From the IMG/VR virus record IMGVR_UViG_2519103024_000003: a DNA stretch of 45,767 bases; one strand, given 5' to 3'. The notes beneath the pieces are model-generated. The model was not told the origin of the DNA, did no database searches, and saw nothing but the letters and a program-made list of their open reading frames with translations. The position numbers and the translations under genes were made by a program. This document shows, one piece after another, positions 1-9,631 of the stretch. Source of the DNA: a virus (taxonomy: Duplodnaviria; Heunggongvirae; Uroviricota; Caudoviricetes). How positions within the stretch are numbered: the first letter of the stretch is position 1; every line of letters begins with the position of its first letter.

Positions 1-234
1 ATGAAATCAAAAGACACCCTAAAGTGGTTCCCTGCGCAGCTTCCTGAAGTCAGAATTATCCTGGGAGATGCTGTCGTGGAAGTAGCAAAACAGGGAAGAC
101 CTATCAATACCAGAACATTGCTTGATTACATTGAAGGAAACATAAAGAAAAAGTCATGGCTGGATAACAAAGAATTATTACAAACAGCGATATCAGTTCT
201 TAAAGACAACCAAAATTTAAATGGTAAAGTGTAA
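1..234 (+). CDS. ydfK: Small prophage protein, YdfK/YnaE-like (77 aa)
   Basis: Complete 77-aa ORF starting at base 1; sequence recalled as the YdfK/YnaE family that sits next to pin in Qin/Rac prophages. From memory, not searched. Confidence 0.5.
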   Translation: MKSKDTLKWFPAQLPEVRIILGDAVVEVAKQGRPINTRTLLDYIEGNIKKKSWLDNKELLQTAISVLKDNQNLNGKV

Positions 235-613
235 TACCCCCCCTGAAAAATAATTTTTCAATGCATTAAAAAAATATCAACAACTACGTTATTCCGCAAC
301 AACCTACTTTTTTTACCATTTTTCCACTTTAACAACATTTTGCTCCACTTTTCCACGACCAAACAACTTAAAATCTGGTTGAAATAACATACAACACTAT
401 TATTCGTCTTCCTCGAGTCCGCCCGGAGTTCGAAAAACAAACCGAGTTAAAGCCATTTTTCAAAAAATCGATTTTTGGTTACACCAAAATTACGGGACTG
501 CATCCGAATTCGTTTATTTTCGAACGTATACATACAAATATGTACAATAATAAGCGAAATAATTTTTGGATATGCATTATGATATGTACACCAATTTCGT
601 ATAGAGTCTCACT

Positions 614-1204
614 ATGTCTCGAATTTTTGCTTACTGTCGGATATCAACGCTGGATCAGACCACCGAAAATCAACGCCGGGAAATCGAAAGTGCAGGTTTT
701 AAAATCAAACCTCAGCAAATAATCGAAGAACACATTAGCGGCTCAGCAGCAACCAGTGAGCGTCCTGGTTTTAACCGGTTGCTTGCTCGTCTGAAATGTG
801 GTGATCAATTGATTGTGACAAAACTGGATCGCCTTGGTTGTAATGCAATGGATATCAGGAAAACAGTGGAACAACTGACCGAAACAGGTATCAGAGTGCA
901 TTGCTTAGCATTGGGGGGCATTGACCTGACCAGTCCAACAGGGAAAATGATGATGCAAGTAATTTCAGCAGTCGCTGAATTTGAACGAGACCTTTTACTT
1001 GAACGCACTCATTCCGGGATAGTAAGAGCCCGGGGCGCAGGGAAACGTTTTGGTCGACCACCTGTGTTAAATGAAGAACAGAAACAGGTGGTATTCGAAC
1101 GAATTAAGTCAGGTGTAAGTATAAGTGCCATTGCCCGGGAATTCAAAACCTCGCGGCAAACCATTTTAAGAGCCAAAGCAAAACTTCAGACACCTGACAT
1201 ATAA
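614..1204 (+). CDS. pin: Serine recombinase, DNA invertase Pin/Gin/Hin family
   Basis: 196 aa; N-terminal resolvase catalytic motif (YCRISTLDQ) and C-terminal HTH; sits next to the tail-fibre genes as in e14/Rac/Qin. Confidence 0.9.
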
Positions 1205-1431
1205 AAAATAATCTCGGTGTGAGATGCTTTACGTCTTCCAAGCCCCCTTCCTTGCCGTAAATGGAAAGATACATCTAATTATAGAATTTATATGTTTTAC
1301 CCTACGGCAGTGCTGGCCATTCAATATCCTGTGCAGTTGACGTATCAACACGGTTCAGCAACACCCGATACTTCTTCCAGGCTTCCAGCAACGAGGTTTC
1401 TTCCTCCGTTGCATATACAGCTCACCTTTTT

Positions 1432-1725
1432 TCACCCACGATTAACCAACAGCCAGACCAGCAGACACGCCACCACCGGCACAGCAAAATCCATCAGGCT
1501 TGCCACATCCCACGCGCGCGGATCAAAACCGCCCCACCACGGCATATTCATTCGCTTGCCATGCCCGAACATTTCAATCCAGCGATATTCTGCCTGGGTG
1601 TGTTCACGCGCAATGAAGAACGTACAACCAGCTATCGCCCCGTAAGCCCAGTTCCCGGTAAAAAGACCAATCAGTAGCTGCGCAGCCACAGCACAAAGCG
1701 CATGAAGGAAAGGTGTTATATCCAT
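1432..1725 (-). CDS. Small predicted two-helix membrane protein, unknown function
   Basis: 97-aa ORF with two hydrophobic segments, immediately downstream of the tail-fibre-like gene on the same strand. Confidence 0.45.
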   Translation of the reverse strand: MDITPFLHALCAVAAQLLIGLFTGNWAYGAIAGCTFFIAREHTQAEYRWIEMFGHGKRMNMPWWGGFDPRAWDVASLMDFAVPVVACLLVWLLVNRG

Positions 1726-1735
1726 TACTCCTCCT

Positions 1736-2440
1736 TTATCCGATATCGCTTCGGGAAACGGATAACAACTTTAATTCTGACTCAAGTTCATCAACTCTTT
1801 CAGTCAGCTTCTGGATATGGTGAATCAGTGGAACAACCAGACGTTCGTACATTACACCTTCGGCAACAAGGCCATTGCTGGAAATAGCTTCCGGTGCATC
1901 ATCTTCGTTAGCTGGTCGCCAGTGTACAAACTGAGGGGCAATTTCTCCTACTTCCTCGGCAATCAATCCGTAGAATCCCCAGTCACGCCTGTCATTTTCG
2001 CATTGTGACCTGTACCACACAGGGCGCATCCTGAAAATGAGATCGGCGTGCTCTGAATCTATTGTCTCTACTGAATGTTTATAGCGGATAGACGATGTTG
2101 ACCGCAGCACAGACGAAATTGCGGGGTCAGGATTAAGATAAAGGTTTGCCGCCGCTGTAGTCGTGCCCAATCCCCACAAATAAAACGCTTCACGGCCAGT
2201 CAACGGGTAAAAATCTCCACCATAACGACCGCTTTCCAGAGCGTTCACTTCCAGTTTGTTTTTCAGCTTATTATCAACTTCAGTTTTTGTGTATCTGGTG
2301 CTGATATCCTGCTTTGCACTGGTCATATCAGCCTGAAGCGTTGATACTTTTCCGTTAATTGAGGAAATATCTTCCTTGGCTTTACTGACATCTCCCTTTA
2401 ACGTGGTGATGTCTCCTGGAATTACTGTCGATGTAGCCAT
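1736..2440 (-). CDS. Tail-fibre-like protein with C-terminal intramolecular-chaperone (S74-like) domain
   Basis: 234 aa; N-terminal coiled-coil-like segment; C-terminal motif (DWGFYGLIAEEV) typical of self-cleaving chaperone domains of tail fibres. Confidence 0.55.
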   Translation of the reverse strand: MATSTVIPGDITTLKGDVSKAKEDISSINGKVSTLQADMTSAKQDISTRYTKTEVDNKLKNKLEVNALESGRYGGDFYPLTGREAFYLWGLGTTTAAANLYLNPDPAISSVLRSTSSIRYKHSVETIDSEHADLIFRMRPVWYRSQCENDRRDWGFYGLIAEEVGEIAPQFVHWRPANEDDAPEAISSNGLVAEGVMYERLVVPLIHHIQKLTERVDELESELKLLSVSRSDIG

Positions 2441-2449
2441 TTGTCTCCC

Positions 2450-2731
2450 TCACATCCAGCCACGAAGTTGATGTTCAACTACAACCGCGTATTCATCGAA
2501 TATTAACGATTTTTTTGCATCATTAATGATGCGCACGTTTACAAAATATCCATCTTCCTTAACACATACCGGTTCGCCATCTTCAGTCAGTTCTCCGGTT
2601 TCTTTGTACACGTTACCTATCACGTCAATAAGAATATCATCCTGCATCGACTCGTCATCATAATAGCCAATGCTATCCATAAAGGCCGAAAAGTCGGCCC
2701 TGTCTGCAAATTTGAGTGTTAAATCTTTCAT
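2450..2731 (-). CDS. Small acidic protein, tail-fibre associated, unknown function
   Basis: 93-aa ORF whose start overlaps the stop of the stf C-terminal segment; no family recognised. Confidence 0.45.
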   Translation of the reverse strand: MKDLTLKFADRADFSAFMDSIGYYDDESMQDDILIDVIGNVYKETGELTEDGEPVCVKEDGYFVNVRIINDAKKSLIFDEYAVVVEHQLRGWM

Positions 2732-3666
2732 TAGATTGACTCCCCCATCTGAGCATCAGTCAATGCCTTGTGCCATATTCTGAAATTCCTGACATGACCA
2801 AATAAATGACGCAACCCGGCTGTAGTCTGGCCTCCAATACGGATAATTGCGGAGTTCTGAATATAGGACCATGTGGCTTTCTTTTCGCTGGATATACGCC
2901 CGTTACTTACTGAGCACGTAGACTGATCTGACTTTACACGCATCCCCATAACCATTTTTTCAAGCGATGCGTTTTCGTTTACCCGTCTGTTAGCCAAACC
3001 TATATCACAATAAGGAAATCCGTCGTAATCTGTTGAACGACCGAAGCCAAGAATAATAGCCGCTCCGGTTTGATGACCGCCGGTATCAAAAACACGCGGT
3101 GCTGCATTTGGCGTTTTATACCAGTTCTTATGTACCTCACAAAGAACCGTAAAAGGAAGATTATAAAGGTTATTCTTGATTGGGACTGTCACCATATCGC
3201 TTGCGCGAGTGCTTGCAGTTATATCAGTTACAATAAATGACGAAGCACTTGATCCACCTTCCACTTGTGGAGTTGCGATATCCAGATAGTCTCCAGATGC
3301 TGTACCTGAACCTTTTACAGGAGCGTATTGAACCATCGCACCAATCATGCTCTCTGTATCTAGTGCATTAATTGTAGCCTGATAGAAAATCCAACCAGTA
3401 ACCTCATCTTTTACAGCCTTTGCAATAATACGGTCTGCAGCAGTACCAGTTTTATCAATTACAAGTGTTGATAAATTGAGGTAAGCATCTCCCAAAAAAG
3501 TGTAAGTATAACCATCATGGTGTTCAAATCTTAAACGACACCTTATATTTTCAACATCACTTCTTACACGGCATGTAGACTGGCCCCCTGAATCTCCAGA
3601 CAACCAATATCACTTATTTAAGTGATAGTCTTAATACTAGTTTTTAGACTAGTCATTGGAGAGCAG

Positions 3667-4014
3667 ATGATTGATGTCTTAGGACCGGAGAAACGCAGAC
3701 GGCGTACCACACAGGAAAAGATCGCAATTGTTCAGCAGAGCTTTGAACCAGGGATGACGGTCTCCCTCGTTGCCCGGCAACACGGTGTGGCAGCCAGCCA
3801 GTTATTTCTCTGGCGTAAGCAATACCAGGAAGGAAGTCTTACTGCTGTCGCCGCCGGAGAACAGGTTGTTCCTGCCTCTGAACTTGCTGCCGCCATGAAG
3901 CAGATTAAAGAACTCCAGCGCCTGCTCGGCAAGAAAACGATGGAAAATGAACTCCTCAAAGAAGCCGTTGAATATGGACGGGCAAAAAAGTGGATAGCGC
4001 ACGCNNNNNNNNNN
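3667..4014 (+). CDS. insC: IS2 transposase OrfA (InsC), 3' end masked
   Basis: Translation [24 protein letters not shown]... recalled as IS2 InsC; runs into the N block. Confidence 0.8.
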
Positions 4015-4693
4015 NNNNNNNNNNNNNNNNNNNNNNNNNNNNNNNNNNNNNNNNNNNNNNNNNNNNNNNNNNNNNNNNNNNNNNNNNNNNNNNNNNNNNN
4101 NNNNNNNNNNNNNNNNNNNNNNNNNNNNNNNNNNNNNNNNNNNNNNNNNNNNNNNNNNNNNNNNNNNNNNNNNNNNNNNNNNNNNNNNNNNNNNNNNNNN
4201 NNNNNNNNNNNNNNNNNNNNNNNNNNNNNNNNNNNNNNNNNNNNNNNNNNNNNNNNNNNNNNNNNNNNNNNNNNNNNNNNNNNNNNNNNNNNNNNNNNNN
4301 NNNNNNNNNNNNNNNNNNNNNNNNNNNNNNNNNNNNNNNNNNNNNNNNNNNNNNNNNNNNNNNNNNNNNNNNNNNNNNNNNNNNNNNNNNNNNNNNNNNN
4401 NNNNNNNNNNNNNNNNNNNNNNNNNNNNNNNNNNNNNNNNNNNNNNNNNNNNNNNNNNNNNNNNNNNNNNNNNNNNNNNNNNNNNNNNNNNNNNNNNNNN
4501 NNNNNNNNNNNNNNNNNNNNNNNNNNNNNNNNNNNNNNNNNNNNNNNNNNNNNNNNNNNNNNNNNNNNNNNNNNNNNNNNNNNNNNNNNNNNNNNNNNNN
4601 NNNNNNNNNNNNNNNNNNNNNNNNNNNNNNNNNNNNNNNNNNNNNNNNNNNNNNNNNNNNNNNNNNNNNNNNNNNNNNNNNNNNNNNNNNNGT

Positions 4694-5092
4694 GAAACAG
4701 TACAGGACGTCATGCTGGGAGCGGTGGAACGCCGCTTCGGCAACGAGCTTCCGGCGTCTCCAGTAGAGTGGCTGACGGATAATGGTTCATGCTACCGGGC
4801 TAATGAAACACGGCAGTTTGCCCGGATGTTGGGGCTTGAACCGAAGAGCACGGCGGTGCGGAGTCCGGAGAGTAACGGCATAGCAGAGAGCTTCGTGAAA
4901 ACGATAAAGCGTGACTACATCAGTGTCATGCCCAAACCAGACGGGTTAACGGCAGCAAAGAACCTTGCAGAGGCGTTCGAGCATTATAACGAATGGCATC
5001 CGCATAGTGCACTGGGTTATCGCTCGCCACGGGAATATCTGCGGCAGCAAGCCAGTAATGGGTTAAGTGATAACAGGTGTCTGGAAATATAG
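4694..5092 (+). CDS. insD: IS2 transposase OrfB (InsD), C-terminal part only (5' end masked)
   Basis: C-terminal translation ...[19 protein letters not shown]...[14 protein letters not shown] recalled as IS2 InsD. Confidence 0.8.
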   Translation, partial: ETVQDVMLGAVERRFGNELPASPVEWLTDNGSCYRANETRQFARMLGLEPKSTAVRSPESNGIAESFVKTIKRDYISVMPKPDGLTAAKNLAEAFEHYNEWHPHSALGYRSPREYLRQQASNGLSDNRCLEI

Positions 5093-5619
5093 GGGCAAAT
5101 CCAGCATGAAATGGTCACATATTTTTCATCACCTGTGACATCAAACCCTTTACTGCCAGAAATCGTTACGATATTAATAGCACTTGTCTGACCAATAAGA
5201 GTATCTTTTACAGTAAATCTCCCATAAGTAAAATTAAAAGAATCCGTGGATATTTCTGTGAGTTCCAGATTGCCTGACTTATTCCATTTAGATGGATTTG
5301 TTGAATTAAGCAGAAGATTAGTTCTTTGCCCCTCAATAAGCAGGCCATCACGTTCAAATCGTGGCTCATCAATGGCAGCCTCTGTCAGCACACCAGATTT
5401 GTTAATATAGGTTGCTTTCGATGCACGTTTAAACTTAACAATCTTGTCGCCAGGCATCGTTATTTCGTCGTCACCAATAACAATCTTTTTATATGATGGC
5501 AAAAAGCCCGTAATCATATCCAGTGAATCGTTAAACGGTATCCACACATCAGGCAGCGGCTGTAAGACATATTTATACGGATCTGCTGCCTGGCTTGCAT
5601 ACTCTCTGGCTGCGTCTTC

Positions 5620-6250
5620 ACTTGCTTTTGCAGCGGTCTGGCTTGCAGCGGATGCTTTCGCCGAGTTCGCCGCTGCAGTCTCGCTTGTCTTTGCATTGGT
5701 TTCACTGGTTTTTGCTGCTTTTTGACTGTTGGCTGATGCAGTGGCAGAAGCAGCCGCCGCGCTTGCAGAACCAGCTGCAGCACTCTCGCTTTGGGCTGCT
5801 GCATCCTGACTGTTTTTCGCCGCAGTTTCGCTGGCTTTGGCATTCGTTTCGCTTGGTCTTCGCTGCCGTCTGGCTGGACTTTGCGTTAGTTTCACTCGTC
5901 TTCGCAGCTTTCTGGCTGTTAGCCGCAGCAGTTGCTGATCCAGCTGCTGAAGTCGCAGAACCGGCTGCCGCGCTCTCGCTTTGGGCTGCTGCAACCTGGC
6001 TGTTTTTTGCCGCAGTTTCACTGGCTTTGGCATTCGTTTCGCTTGTTTTCGCTGCCGTCTGGCTGGACTTTGCGTTGGTTTCGCTCGTCTTTGCGGCTGT
6101 CTCGCTATTTTTCGCGTTGGTTTCTGATTTTTTGGCTGCTGTCGCGGAGTTTGCCGATGCAGTCTGCGAGGACGCTGCCGCCTGTGCGCTGTTAGCTGCA
6201 TTTGTTTCTGAGGTTTTCGCCGCGTTCTTCGATGATGCCGCTGCAGTTTC
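5620..6250. repeat. Imperfect tandem repeats (about 190 bp period) inside stf, encoding Ala/Ser/Thr-rich SETNAK-type units
   Basis: Near-identical DNA blocks, e.g. ctggctttggcattcgtttcgctt at about 5832 and 6022; repeated peptide units in the translation. Confidence 0.65.
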
Positions 6251-6652
6251 GGATTTCTTTGCCGCTGCTGCGCTCTGAGAGGCGGCTTCGGCGTTGCGTG
6301 CCGCTTCTTCCACCATTGCCTCAAAACGACGCAATGCCTCCGGCATGACATCATCTTCCGTCATGGCACCGAGAAAATCATTCAGCGTACCTGGTCTGGA
6401 ACCTTCATAGACGGTAATGGTCCCGGCATGTGAAGGCGGAAAACCTTCAACCAGCAGGGTGACGCTGTACTGACCATACTCAACATCCATGCTGTAACGC
6501 CCGGCTTCATCCGGATTTTCAGAGGCCACCGTGTTCACCAGTACCGTGGTGCTGTTACGCTTTGCCTTCAGTTGAATAGTGCAGTTCTGTATTGGTTTTC
6601 CCGCACCATCTTTCAGCACACCTGAGATTTTTACTGCTGCCATATCCACTCC

Positions 6653-6682
6653 ACAAAAAAGCCCGCCTGAACCGGCGGGCTG
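6653..6682 (-). terminator. Rho-independent terminator after lom
   Basis: GC hairpin gcccgcc...ggcgggc followed by a T-run on the minus strand. Confidence 0.5.
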
Positions 6683-6707
6683 TCATAACACTGTGTTACC
6701 TGGCTAA

Positions 6708-7307
6708 TCAGAACTTATAACCGACACCCACGATGAAACCGTCAGTGCGCCAGTCGCCACTGCCGGAGCCTTCATAAGCAATATCAATGGCCACGGATTC
6801 GGTCGGGTTAAACTGCACGCCAGCCCCCCACGCCAGAGACGTGTTGCTGTGGCGACCGTCATCACTTCCGGTCAGCACATCGTGCTTTTTCCCCTTGTTG
6901 TCAGTTACGCGAAGATAATCCCCGGAGAAAGTCGACACACGGCTGTAAGCCACACCCGCCATCGCATACGCGCTGAACCATTCATTCACGCGCACAGACG
7001 GCCCCGCCATTACGCTGAACCAGCGGTTACGAACGGAATCTTCATGCCAGCGGGTATCGCTGTAACGGGTCAGCTGGCGATTCTTGTCTCCTGCATAGCT
7101 GAATGACGTCACCAGCCCCAGTGTGTCCGTAAACTCATAACGGTATTTCACGTTAATCCCGTTCAGATCATCACTGCCGGGGACGTTCGTCGAGGCATGA
7201 AGATACCCCGCGCTCAGCGTGGACTGATGTTCAGACGCCCATGCAGGCGCACCGGATACGGCCAGACAAATGGCTGCGGACAAAATGGCTGCACAAACTT
7301 TACGCAT
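6708..7307 (-). CDS. lom: Lom-family outer membrane beta-barrel protein (Ail/Lom)
   Basis: 199 aa with signal peptide and C-terminal ...GVGYKF; resembles lambda Lom; located between J and stf as in lambda. Confidence 0.85.
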   Translation of the reverse strand: MRKVCAAILSAAICLAVSGAPAWASEHQSTLSAGYLHASTNVPGSDDLNGINVKYRYEFTDTLGLVTSFSYAGDKNRQLTRYSDTRWHEDSVRNRWFSVMAGPSVRVNEWFSAYAMAGVAYSRVSTFSGDYLRVTDNKGKKHDVLTGSDDGRHSNTSLAWGAGVQFNPTESVAIDIAYEGSGSGDWRTDGFIVGVGYKF

Positions 7308-7329
7308 AATTACCTCTCGCTTTTCTGCA

Positions 7330-7356
7330 ATAAAAAAGGCGCCAATTCTGGCGCCC
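7330..7356 (-). terminator. Rho-independent terminator after J
   Basis: Hairpin ggcgcc-aattct-ggcgcc followed by a T-run on the minus strand. Confidence 0.5.
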
Positions 7357-7374
7357 GTATATGGGTTATAAAAT

Positions 7375-9631
7375 TCAGCTGATACTGATGCCTGCGGTGG
7401 CTTTCTTCATCACCACAACCAGCAAATCGCTGATACTTGCTGTGGGATACCAGTCATTTACCAGCCATGCTGACACCGAAAACTCCAGCGTCATGTGACC
7501 GTGACCGGCAGGCATATCAATAACGCCACTGTAAATCAGCGTATTATCCAGCGCGGTACGGTTATAAATTTCAGCACCGTTTTTCCGCACTATCAGACGG
7601 CATGAGGAGTAAATATCAGTATGCTCTCTCTCATGTTTAGCGCCGCTGAATGCCACCGCAGGAATAACAATCTGCCGGTCAAACGGCTGATCGTCATAAA
7701 CCCTGACGGTAATGGTCCCTGATGGCCACCGTTCCGGTGCACGGGAGTCCCGGGGGAAAGCTTTGCCCACTGTTTTAACGAGATCGCCTTCAATCTGGTT
7801 CGCGGACAGTTTTCCCAGAACCCGACAGTTCTCGTTAATCGTGACGTTGTTGAGCGTCCCGGAGTTCGCATTCACGTTACCGCTGATATCGGCATTTTTC
7901 GCCGTCAGCCGCCCATCCGGTGTCAGGGAAAATGCCGGAGGATTACCGCCGCTGGTAATGGTCGGAGCCGTCAGGCGTTTCAGGAACACGTCGTTCATGA
8001 ATATCTGATCGCCCTGACCAACAAACATTGGTCTTGTGTTGCCATTAGACGGATCAATAAACGCGATACGGTTAGCGGCAACCAGGAACTGGCTCAGTTT
8101 GCCTTCCTCCGTGTCCTCCATGCTGAGGCCAATACCCGCGACATAATGTTTGCCGTCTTTGGTCTGCTCAATTTTGACGCCCCACATGGCATTCCACTTA
8201 TCACTGGCGTCCTTCCACTCTTTCGAAAACTCCTCCAGTTTGCTGGCGTTATCCTCCGTCAGCTCGACTTTTTCCAGCAGCTCCTTGCCAAGATGGGATT
8301 CGGTTATCTGGCCTTTGAAAAAATCCAGGTAACCTTCCGCATCATCGCTCGCCCGACCAACAGCCTCCACGAATGCCGATTTGCCAACGGTGTTCACACT
8401 GCGAACGTAAAAATAATAATCATGGCCCGGCCTGATATTGATACTGGCAGCTATCCAGTACAGCGCCGTGCCAAGATAGCGGGCTGTGGTTTCAACCTGC
8501 CTGATATCCGCAATCCGTTTTTCCGAGAACCAGAACTCAAACTGTACCGTCGGGTCATAAACCGCAAGATGTGGCGTGGCGGTTATCTGAAAATAGCCCG
8601 GTGTCAGCTCAATCCGAGACGGCGCTGCCGGTGCGGCAATCCGGAACGATACCGATGCCGGATCGCCCTGCAGCCCCCACGCATTTACCGCCCGGACCGT
8701 CAGCATGTAACGCCCCAGCGCCAGTTGCGTGAAGCGGTATGTGGTTTCCGTCGTCCGGGCCGTGCTGACCAGCCGCTCACTGCCGTCATCCGCTGCCACG
8801 GTCAGGCGAAGCAGGAAGCTCACGCCCTTCACCACTTTCGGCGTGTCCCAGCGGGCCAGCACCTGATATTCCCCGCTGTCTGCGGTGACTTCGGCAGTCA
8901 GGTGCTGCACCGCTGGCGGCGTGACACCATTCACCGTGCCGCTCTGGTCGCCGTCAAAGTGCGCCCCGTTATCCACGATGGCCTCTTTCTCCGGTACATG
9001 CTGCACGGCAGTGATGGCATACGTGCCGTCGTCGTTCTCACGGATACTCACGCAGCGGAACAGGCGCTGGCGCAACGTCGGCAACTTCAGCCCCCACACG
9101 CTGTATTCAGCAACGCCGTCAGGAACACGGCTCACTTTCACCTTCACGCCGTCGGTGACGGACTGGACCTCCACGCTGACCGGATTACCCTCACCGTCAA
9201 CCAGGCTTATCAGCGTGGTGCCGGAGGATGGCAGCGTGATTTCACGGTCGAGCGTCAGCGTCCGGGTCTGGCTGTTCACCGCCAGCACGCGACCACCGAT
9301 GCTGATACCGGCATAGTCATCATCGCAGATTTCAATAACATCGCCCGGCACATGGCGAAGCCCTTCTGCGCCCACGCTGAAATCCACGGTCTGCGTTTCC
9401 AGCAGTTCCGTTTTAATCAGCCACAGCCCGGCTCGGTGTGCCTGCCCCCGACTGGTACAACCAAAGGCATCCATCTTCGTGACATTACGACCGTAACGGG
9501 CAATGGCCTGCGTATCTTCAACAAGCTCTGTCGCCGTCACCCAGCCGTTGTTCGGGTCAATCCAGTTCACCTCAACGGCATTATGGCGGTCCTTCAGGGC
9601 GCTGAAGCTGTAGCGGAACGGCGCGCCATCA
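7375..9631 (-). CDS. J: Tail tip / host specificity protein J, C-terminal about 750 aa (N-terminus in masked block)
   Basis: Long minus-strand ORF with repeated Ig/fibronectin-like segments, directly upstream of lom; its 5' part lies in the 9632-11830 N block. Confidence 0.8.

Larger units (their letters stand above)
3576..5103 (+). mobile_element. IS2 (IS3 family) insertion sequence, interior partly N-masked
   Basis: Left end TAGACTGGCCCCC at 3576 and right end GGGGCAAATCCA at 5092-5103; flanked by direct repeats GCATG at 3571-3575 and 5104-5108. Confidence 0.85.
2731..6649 (-). pseudogene. stf: Side tail fibre gene stf, disrupted by IS2 insertion and a frameshift in the repeat region
   Basis: N-terminus (from 6649) matches lambda Stf. 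The reading frame switches near 5850-5900, where the two repeat copies differ by a 1-bp indel. The ORF then runs into the IS2 right end at 5103 and resumes in frame at the IS2 left junction (3575) down to 2731. Confidence 0.8.

Noticed and set aside
1292-1645. Plus-strand 117-aa ORF opposite the small membrane-protein gene
   Set aside because: Pro/Ser/Thr/His-rich, non-protein-like translation with no RBS; the minus-strand ORF has a coherent hydrophobic profile.
4015-4691. N-masked block inside IS2
   Set aside because: Nothing can be read; only the flanking IS2 ends and transposase termini are interpretable.
5595-6278. Plus-strand 227-aa ORF and other overlapping ORFs in the stf repeat region
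   Set aside because: Reading frames through alanine-codon-rich tandem repeats stay open on both strands; the sense frame matches Stf, the others are artefacts.
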